From: a virus
Virus record (IMG/VR): IMGVR_UViG_3300047560_001714
Span: 96,001-160,000 of that record
Strand: one strand, 5' to 3'
DNA: 64,000 nucleotides
Part shown: positions 57,595 to 64,000 of the stretch, piece after piece
How positions within the stretch are numbered: position 1 is the stretch's first letter
How the letters are laid out: every line of letters begins with the position of its first letter
The notes under the pieces: generated by a model
What the model saw: only the letters and a program-made list of their open reading frames with translations
Databases searched by the model: none
Told to the model about the DNA's origin: nothing
Program-made: the position numbers and the translations under genes

Positions 57595-57849
57595 ATGAGT
57601 AGAGCATATGGCCCTGAAGAAAAATCAAAACTCGATAAATTAATTAACGAAGGTGGTACGATACTTCGTGAAATTGATGATTTAAGAGAAAGCCTTAAAG
57701 ATACAGTTAAGGCGGTTGCTGAAGAATTACAAATTAAACCAGCAGTAATTAATAAAGCAATTAAAATTGCACACAAAGGCGATTTCCAAACTCATAATGA
57801 AGATTGGGAAGAAGTTGAAGCAATTTTAGATATTACAAAACGTATTTAA
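57595..57849 (+). CDS. small helical protein, possibly T4 DsbA-like dsDNA-binding protein
   Basis: REIDDLRESLKDTVKAVAEELQIKPAVINKAIKIAHK. Confidence 0.55.
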   Translation: MSRAYGPEEKSKLDKLINEGGTILREIDDLRESLKDTVKAVAEELQIKPAVINKAIKIAHKGDFQTHNEDWEEVEAILDITKRI

Positions 57850-57858
57850 GTTACCCCC

Positions 57859-57890
57859 AGTAGGGTTCAGGACGAACCCTACTTATTTTT
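57859..57890 (+). terminator. terminator-like hairpin upstream of DNA polymerase
   Basis: agtagggttc-aggac-gaaccctact-tattttt. Confidence 0.7.
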
Positions 57891-57927
57891 GGTAAGTGTA
57901 AGCCGCAAATTACACAAGGATGTGAAA

Positions 57928-60780
57928 ATGAGTTACGTCGATGCAATGTTTGACAAACAAGCCGATATTATTAAAGTTGTAGAACGCACAAATGGCAAAC
58001 GGACTTTCAGAGAATTCCCAGCCAAGCATACATTTTATGTCGCTGATACAAAAGGTAAACACGAATCAATATTTGGTTCACCCGTTCGAAAAATCAATTG
58101 TAAATCCACAAAAGAATTTCGTAAAGAACTTAGTATAAACAATAGTAGACAATTATTTGAAAGTGATTTAAATCCAATCTTTGTTTGTTTAAGTGAACAG
58201 TACGAACATCAAGAACCCCCAAAATTAAACATTGCTTGGTTCGATATCGAGACCGATATGCAACCATTTGCGGTACCATCTCAACAATTTGTTAAAATTA
58301 GAAACCATTCATCTCTTTCTGATATAAAAGAGGTTACGGTATTCCAATTAGGACAACTCGAAAACAAAGATTCGTATGATGTATACGATGATAATAAAAA
58401 CAAGTGGGTTAATGTACTAACCTGTCGGCATTTACAACCTGGCCCTGGATATGCCGCGCCAGATGATGCGTTTATGCCAATTACATCAATTGCTGTACAT
58501 TTACAGTGGCTTGATACGTTAATTTGTTTAGCGGTTCCACCAAAAACACTATCGATGGAGGAGGCGCACGAGTTAATCAAAGATATTCCCAATACTATAT
58601 TATATACAACTGAATCTGAATTATTAAATGCATTTCTTTCATTAATAGAGGATGCAGATGTTCTAAGTGGGTGGAACAGTGAAGGATTCGATATACCATA
58701 CACCGTAAATAGAATAGCAAAAACGTTAGGTAAAAACGATACTCGTAGATTATGCTTATTTGATGAATTACCAAGACGCCGCGAATACGAAAAATATGGT
58801 AAGAACGCGGTTACATATGATTTAGTGGGTAGAATCCACTTAGATAGTTTAGATTTATATAGAAAATATACATATGAGGAACGTCATAGCTATCGATTAG
58901 ATGCTATTGCGGAATATGAACTAAAAGATCATAAAACTGCGTATGAAGGTACGTTAGATCAATTATACAACAATGATTTTAGAAAATTTATTGAATATAA
59001 TAGACAAGATACCTTTCTTCTTGAAAAACTTGATCGAAAACTTAAATTTCTTGAATTAGCAAATGCGATTGCACACGAGAACACTGTATTACTACCAACA
59101 GTAATGGGTGCGGTGGCGGTAACTGAACAGGCAATCATAAACGAAGCACATCGCCGTGGGTTGCAAGTACCTAATCGTAGAAAAAAAGACGATAAAGAAA
59201 AAAGTATGGCCGCCGGTGCATATGTTGCACATCCAAAATGTGGGATACAAGATTGGATCGGTTCGCTTGATATTAATTCTCTATATCCATCAGTTATTAG
59301 AGCATTAAATATGGGTCCCGAAACAATTATCGGCCAACTTAGACCAGTATTGACTGATGCATATTTACGTGCCCAAATAGCAAAAGGAAAATCAATTACC
59401 GCAGCTTGGGAAGGTATATTCGGTTCATTAGAATTTCTTGCAGTTATCAATAAAGAAATAGGAACTGAATTAATTATCGACTGGGAAGACGGTACTAGCG
59501 ATCGTGTCAGTGCAGCAGAAGTATACAAAATAGTATACGAAAGTAACCAGCCTTGGATGCTAAGTGCAAACGGTACTATATTCACCACCGAGCGTGAAGG
59601 TGTGATTCCAGGCTTACTGGCTAGATGGTATGCTGAACGACAAGAAATGCAAGCAAAACTCGCGTTAGCAGAAAAGGCGGGTAATGCGGAGGAAGTCGAA
59701 TACTGGGATAAACGTCAATTAGTTAAAAAAATTAACCTCAATTCATTGTATGGTGCAATTTTAAACGAGGGATGCCGATTCTATGATAAACGTATTGGAC
59801 AATCAACCACATTAACTGGTAGACAAATCGCCAAACATATGGCGGCGTCAGTTAATGAATTTATAACCGGTGAATATGACCACGTAGGTGAATCTGTTAT
59901 ATACGGGGATACCGATAGCTGTTATTTCTCAGCATATTCAACCTATAAAAAAGATATTGATGCTGGGTTAATTCCTTGGACAAAAGAAGATATTATTACA
60001 TTATATGACCATATTGGTAATGAAGTAAATAAAACATTTTCCGACTTTATGTTAACCACGTTCCATTGTCCATTGTCTCGCGGTGCTGTGATACGTGCAG
60101 GTAGAGAAATTGTTGGAAGTAAAGCACTCTTTATTAAAAAGAAACGATATGCGGTAATGGTATTTGATAAAGATGGTAAACGTAAAGATAAAAACGGCAA
60201 AGACGGTGATATTAAAGCGATGGGACTTGATCTCAAACGGTCTGATACACCTGATTATATTCAAAATTTCTTATCTAAAATCTTAGAAATGGTGTTAGGT
60301 GGTGTTAACGAGCAGGAAGTGTTGCAATATATATCCAGTTTCCGTTCAGAATTTAAAGCAAAACCTGGCTGGGAAAAAGGAACACCTAAACGTGCCAATA
60401 ATACAACCAAGTACAGATTACTAGAAGAAAAAAACGGGAAATCAAACGTACCCGGACATGTTCGCGCTAGTATCAACTGGAATACATTAAAAAATATATT
60501 TGGTGACAAATATTCGATGGGTATTGCGGATGGTGCAAAAGTAATCGTATGTAAACTCAAATCTAACACATTAGGATTTACATCTGTGGCATATCCAGTT
60601 GATGAATTAAGATTACCACAGTGGTTTAAAGATTTACCATTCGACCATGCTGAAATGGAAGCGGTGTTGATTGATAAAAAAATAGATAATTTAATTGGCG
60701 TACTGAACTGGGATCTTAAAAGTACAAAACAACACAACACATTTAAATTACTATTTAAAAAGAAAACTGTTGACAAATAA
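57928..60780 (+). CDS. family B DNA polymerase (T4 gp43-like)
   Basis: FDIE, WNSEGFD, YNRQD, DINSLYPS, KINLNSLYG, YGDTDS; C-terminal TFKLLF clamp-binding-like motif. Confidence 0.96.
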   Translation: MSYVDAMFDKQADIIKVVERTNGKRTFREFPAKHTFYVADTKGKHESIFGSPVRKINCKSTKEFRKELSINNSRQLFESDLNPIFVCLSEQYEHQEPPKLNIAWFDIETDMQPFAVPSQQFVKIRNHSSLSDIKEVTVFQLGQLENKDSYDVYDDNKNKWVNVLTCRHLQPGPGYAAPDDAFMPITSIAVHLQWLDTLICLAVPPKTLSMEEAHELIKDIPNTILYTTESELLNAFLSLIEDADVLSGWNSEGFDIPYTVNRIAKTLGKNDTRRLCLFDELPRRREYEKYGKNAVTYDLVGRIHLDSLDLYRKYTYEERHSYRLDAIAEYELKDHKTAYEGTLDQLYNNDFRKFIEYNRQDTFLLEKLDRKLKFLELANAIAHENTVLLPTVMGAVAVTEQAIINEAHRRGLQVPNRRKKDDKEKSMAAGAYVAHPKCGIQDWIGSLDINSLYPSVIRALNMGPETIIGQLRPVLTDAYLRAQIAKGKSITAAWEGIFGSLEFLAVINKEIGTELIIDWEDGTSDRVSAAEVYKIVYESNQPWMLSANGTIFTTEREGVIPGLLARWYAERQEMQAKLALAEKAGNAEEVEYWDKRQLVKKINLNSLYGAILNEGCRFYDKRIGQSTTLTGRQIAKHMAASVNEFITGEYDHVGESVIYGDTDSCYFSAYSTYKKDIDAGLIPWTKEDIITLYDHIGNEVNKTFSDFMLTTFHCPLSRGAVIRAGREIVGSKALFIKKKRYAVMVFDKDGKRKDKNGKDGDIKAMGLDLKRSDTPDYIQNFLSKILEMVLGGVNEQEVLQYISSFRSEFKAKPGWEKGTPKRANNTTKYRLLEEKNGKSNVPGHVRASINWNTLKNIFGDKYSMGIADGAKVIVCKLKSNTLGFTSVAYPVDELRLPQWFKDLPFDHAEMEAVLIDKKIDNLIGVLNWDLKSTKQHNTFKLLFKKKTVDK

Positions 60781-60798
60781 CCAAAAATTCGATATAAT
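60770..60798 (+). promoter_or_regulatory. sigma70-type promoter
   Basis: TTGACA-17 bp-TATAAT. Confidence 0.85.
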
Positions 60799-60820
60799 AA
60801 TCAAAAATTAGGAATTATAG

Positions 60821-61552
60821 ATGAAAGACTTTTTAAAGGACTTAGTTTCACATACTCATAGTTTAGGGGTTATACCTATAATTAGAGTAACCGCAAACAA
60901 CGGTGAGGTACGTGTTGATTCATTAGCGGAAGACCATTCTGTTATTTTAAATGCAAAAACACACCAACCTGTCGCCAATTTAGATGGTGTATTTGGTATG
61001 CCTAATCTTAATAAGTTAGATTTGCATCTGAAATGTCCAGAATATAAAGAAAATGCATCTATCGATTTAATGTATGATGTAAGTTCAGAACAACAAATCC
61101 CATCCGGGTTGCTATTTAAAAATAGCGTTGGTGACTATACTAATGAATATCGATTCATGTCTAGGAAAATTGTTGACCAGAAACTTGATGAATTTGAATG
61201 CCCAGATGTTAGATGGGATATCGAGTTTCAACCAGCTCAAACAAGTATCCAACGTTTTAAATATCAAATAGGAACCCACTTAGAGGACCCATCATTTTCA
61301 ATTTCGTTACAATCATCTGATATTGTGTTTAAATTCGGTTCAATTGTATCACACGCTGGGTCCTTCGTGTTTCAATCAAATGTTTCTGGAAAGTTGCGGT
61401 CAACTTTGATATTTCCAAAAAATATCGTATTGAGTGTCCTTAACTTATCTGGCGACAAAACAATTAAATTATCTGATAGTGGTGCAATGCTAATATCAGT
61501 TGATAGTGGAATAGCAGTATATGATTATATATTTCCAGCGGAGTTAGATTAA
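60821..61552 (+). CDS. probable sliding clamp (gp45/PCNA-like)
   Basis: 243 aa, two-domain beta/alpha pattern, directly after the polymerase; clamp loader in window. Confidence 0.6.
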   Translation: MKDFLKDLVSHTHSLGVIPIIRVTANNGEVRVDSLAEDHSVILNAKTHQPVANLDGVFGMPNLNKLDLHLKCPEYKENASIDLMYDVSSEQQIPSGLLFKNSVGDYTNEYRFMSRKIVDQKLDEFECPDVRWDIEFQPAQTSIQRFKYQIGTHLEDPSFSISLQSSDIVFKFGSIVSHAGSFVFQSNVSGKLRSTLIFPKNIVLSVLNLSGDKTIKLSDSGAMLISVDSGIAVYDYIFPAELD

Positions 61553-61812
61553 TGGAAAGTTACATTACCCTAGACGAACTTGAAATGTTACGGCTAATCG
61601 ACAAAGCATTAGTATCAACAGTTCCAGCGGTTGTTCAATGCAGAGAACAGTTGTTAACGCTAGTTAACCTAGCGCATAGTGATGAAAAATTAAAAGGAGG
61701 CTGCATTGACAAACTATTATTTGAAAATACTATTTTGCGGGTCGCGGCTGACGTTACACGAAACACAGAAAAACAAAACTTTTTACAACCAACCATAATG
61801 AAAGGAATCTAA
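61552..61812 (+). CDS. hypothetical protein
   Basis: TAATG coupling. Confidence 0.6.
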   Translation: MESYITLDELEMLRLIDKALVSTVPAVVQCREQLLTLVNLAHSDEKLKGGCIDKLLFENTILRVAADVTRNTEKQNFLQPTIMKGI

Positions 61813-61814
61813 AA

Positions 61815-62054
61815 ATGGCTAAGAATTATAAAACATTCTCATATTTTGAAAGCAGACCCGATATCGTAAAAATCTTTGAAGATTTAGAATCATTCCACGA
61901 TTTTTGTAGAATTGAGTTGCGTCCCTATGATCCAGCTGAATTATATCGCAAAGATTCAAAATCCTGGAATGCATATATTGCCAGTAAACGTCCAAAAAAA
62001 CCATACCAAGGTAATAAACCTTGGACCCAGAAACCAAAGTTTGAAAAGAAGTAA
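61815..62054 (+). CDS. hypothetical protein
   Basis: SD AAGGA. Confidence 0.7.
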   Translation: MAKNYKTFSYFESRPDIVKIFEDLESFHDFCRIELRPYDPAELYRKDSKSWNAYIASKRPKKPYQGNKPWTQKPKFEKK

Positions 62055-62105
62055 AGGAACAATGGTGGGGGAGAAATCCCCCACCGTACTAAATCAAGGA
62101 ATGAT

Positions 62106-62477
62106 ATGGCACTTACATACCCAACTTATTCAATTAACGGTAACTATATAAGCACCACAACTGGTGCATACCCCAGTACTAGTACTAGTACTAGTTCTAA
62201 TACTATATCAGCTAATACATTTACAACCAGTGGTGGTACACCAGTATTCACGCTGTCAGATGGCCCACCAACCACATCATTATCTATCAAAGGTGACATT
62301 GTAATGAATGGTGAAAGTCTTGAAGACAGATTAGCAAGAATAGAAAATATGCTGTTTATTCCGCAACGTAAATTAGCATTAGAACAGAAATACGAAATAC
62401 TACGTAACGCGTGGTTAGCGTATCAAGAAGCTGCGGATGCTTGTAAAAATTGGGAATTGCTTAAAGGCGATGATTAA
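62106..62477 (+). CDS. hypothetical protein, Ser/Thr-rich N-terminus
   Basis: SD AAGGA. Confidence 0.65.
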   Translation: MALTYPTYSINGNYISTTTGAYPSTSTSTSSNTISANTFTTSGGTPVFTLSDGPPTTSLSIKGDIVMNGESLEDRLARIENMLFIPQRKLALEQKYEILRNAWLAYQEAADACKNWELLKGDD

Positions 62478-62503
62478 TAACACAACCTATCAATAACACT
62501 TAT

Positions 62504-62695
62504 ATGAAAATGAACTTAGATCTAAACGGATTAACGTTAACCCCACGTCAGCAAAACGCTATCAATAAACTAATCGATACAGTTGAACTCGATATTATAA
62601 ATGATAACCTAGTCAATACATGCGACTCTATTACATACAATGCCGATGGTTCTAAAACATATACAATAATAGGAAAATTCGATGAGTTTGAGTGA
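62504..62695 (+). CDS. hypothetical protein
   Basis: ORF in + strand run. Confidence 0.5.
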   Translation: MKMNLDLNGLTLTPRQQNAINKLIDTVELDIINDNLVNTCDSITYNADGSKTYTIIGKFDEFE

Positions 62696-62843
62696 ACAAG
62701 AATTAAAAGATAAAATAGCAATGGTGGAAAAAGATATATCATCGAATATATCAAATATTAAACATTTGAACGTTCTCTCTGAATATAAAGAGTATCTACA
62801 AGACGAACTCAAACAATTACAACAATTAAGCAAGAATAACTAA
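62682..62843 (+). CDS. small coiled-coil protein (53 aa, not in ORF track)
   Basis: MSLSEQELKDKIAMVEKD...; SD AGGA; fills the gap between neighbouring ORFs. Confidence 0.55.
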   Translation: MSLSEQELKDKIAMVEKDISSNISNIKHLNVLSEYKEYLQDELKQLQQLSKNN

Positions 62844-62844
62844 T

Positions 62845-63279
62845 ATGAAAGCACAAACACCTGCCGAAGGTATTTACAAAAATGCCGAATTTTGCGACTC
62901 TGTTTTTTATACCGTTCCATGTTCTTGCGGTAGTCCAGATGATGAAATTGAATTTTCAGTCGAGGTTGACGAATTTGATATCATATCCGTAAACACGTAT
63001 TTTACACCAAAGAATGCACATTGGAAAAAACTGGTTGACGAACACTCAAAATTTGACAGCATCTTTTTATGGAATTTAGAGTATAGTATTCGTTCATTTA
63101 TAAACGGGTTGTACCAACGTCTACTGGTTACTTACCAAGTATGGACACAAGGCTATATAAAAACGTATTCAACCACCATATTGTCAGAACAACAAGCATT
63201 AAATTATGCTAATGTTTTAAAATCAGCAATTGCTGATAAACAAAAATTTGCACAAAAACGGAAAAAAAATAATGATTAA
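62845..63279 (+). CDS. hypothetical protein
   Basis: PCSCGSPDD. Confidence 0.7.
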   Translation: MKAQTPAEGIYKNAEFCDSVFYTVPCSCGSPDDEIEFSVEVDEFDIISVNTYFTPKNAHWKKLVDEHSKFDSIFLWNLEYSIRSFINGLYQRLLVTYQVWTQGYIKTYSTTILSEQQALNYANVLKSAIADKQKFAQKRKKNND

Positions 63280-63649
63280 ATTTTTTAAAAAGTTTTTTTC
63301 TAAATCAAGTAAAGAATTACCTAGTACCCCTTTTCCACAAAAACCATTGACGGCAAAAGAAATTGCCAACAAAAAGAAAGAACCGTGGGTTGATGTAATC
63401 GGATTCAAAGTTAACAAGGATAACATTCGAAATGGGTTTTACGAACTTGACTGGAATGATTATTTTATTATAGAATTAAAAAAAGAAGAATATGGGTTCG
63501 ATGGTGATCCCGATGAAGAAATTGTTTCAAGATGGTTTAGAGATGTATGTATGAATGCGGCCGCTGCCGAAGGTATTGATATGACTGATAGAGCAGCTGG
63601 ATATCTAAACGTTACTAATTTTAACCGTAGCTTAGGGAATAACCAATGA
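63272..63649 (+). CDS. hypothetical protein
   Basis: KEPWVDV...NGFYELDWN. Confidence 0.7.
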   Translation: MIKFFKKFFSKSSKELPSTPFPQKPLTAKEIANKKKEPWVDVIGFKVNKDNIRNGFYELDWNDYFIIELKKEEYGFDGDPDEEIVSRWFRDVCMNAAAAEGIDMTDRAAGYLNVTNFNRSLGNNQ

Positions 63650-64000
63650 GTTCAACTAATCGTTCAAGTGCGCGTGATAAACATATTTCAGATTATTACG
63701 TTACACCAACCAAAAGTATCGCTGAATTCATTACTGCATTTGAAGCAGACTACGGATCTCTCGGTTCAGAAATATTAGATCCTTGCGCTGGCGGTGATAC
63801 TCATAATCCAATGAGTTATCCAGTTGCACTAAATGCAGCTGGGTATAAAAATATAACTACTATCGACTCAAGACTTGATTCATTAGCTGGTTTAAAAGGT
63901 ATCGACTATTTAGACTTTGATATAAGTACATTACCAACGCAACCAGATTGTATTATAACTAACCCACCATTTAACCAAGCACTTGAAATAATCAAAAAGG
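63646..64000 (+). CDS. amino-(N6-adenine-type) DNA methyltransferase, 3' truncated by window edge
   Basis: DYYVTP, ILDPCAGG (motif I), IITNPPF (motif IV). Confidence 0.88.
   Translation, partial: MSSTNRSSARDKHISDYYVTPTKSIAEFITAFEADYGSLGSEILDPCAGGDTHNPMSYPVALNAAGYKNITTIDSRLDSLAGLKGIDYLDFDISTLPTQPDCIITNPPFNQALEIIKK

Noticed and set aside
58258-58446. Intein or intron in the DNA polymerase
   Set aside because: No Cys/Ser start or His-Asn end, too short, no stop or frameshift; kept only as an insertion
241-63426. Numerous 60-300 aa ORFs antisense to, or out of frame within, long genes (e.g. 45997-46623, 56453-57373, 58959-59588, 54519-55130)
   Set aside because: They are shadows of strongly biased coding strands, with no RBS or motifs, and they overlap well-supported genes
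1-64000. CRISPR array, tRNA or rRNA genes
   Set aside because: Intergenic gaps are mostly under 170 bp, and none shows spaced direct repeats or a cloverleaf/T-loop pattern
1-64000. Stop-codon reassignment, seen in some jumbo phages
   Set aside because: Recognisable genes are full length in code 11, and TAG/TGA ends coincide with promoters, terminators or coupled starts (781, 4979, 8209, 9076)

Overview
64 kb of an AT-rich, densely packed jumbo myovirus genome, distantly T4-like, with almost all genes on the + strand and the standard genetic code. It carries a stand-alone pmoC of the gammaproteobacterial methanotroph type, so it belongs to the described 'pmoC-phage' class and the host is probably a Methylococcales methanotroph (inference). 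In order, the window holds: (1) the 3' part of an ATP-dependent DNA ligase; (2) a self-contained pmoC cassette with sigma70 and late promoters and a structured leader; (3) an SF2 helicase with six N-terminal repeats, then UvsE, small ORFs, a MazG-like pyrophosphatase and a YccA/BI-1 protein; (4) a ~10 kb coupled cluster of six N-terminal-Twitch radical SAM enzymes, two SGNH-like proteins and a GT-A-like protein; (5) virion and baseplate genes, including a 3683-aa protein; (6) a truncated DnaE-like protein, GroES, clamp loader and PhoH; (7) a GH19 endolysin, holin, DnaJ and ClpA; (8) a three-gene nucleotidyl-transfer module; (9) a cluster of probable capsid-packaged proteins with T4-like capsid-targeting N-termini, including an ADP-ribosyltransferase-like and a kinase-like domain; (10) a family B DNA polymerase with an exonuclease-domain insertion, a sliding clamp and a partial adenine MTase. 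The best candidates for undescribed biology are the radical SAM/SGNH/GT cluster, the packaged effector cluster, the triple nucleotidyltransferase module, and several switch-like RNA leaders (pmoC, phoH, dnaJ, DNA polymerase). All family assignments come from motif recognition by eye; no searches were run.
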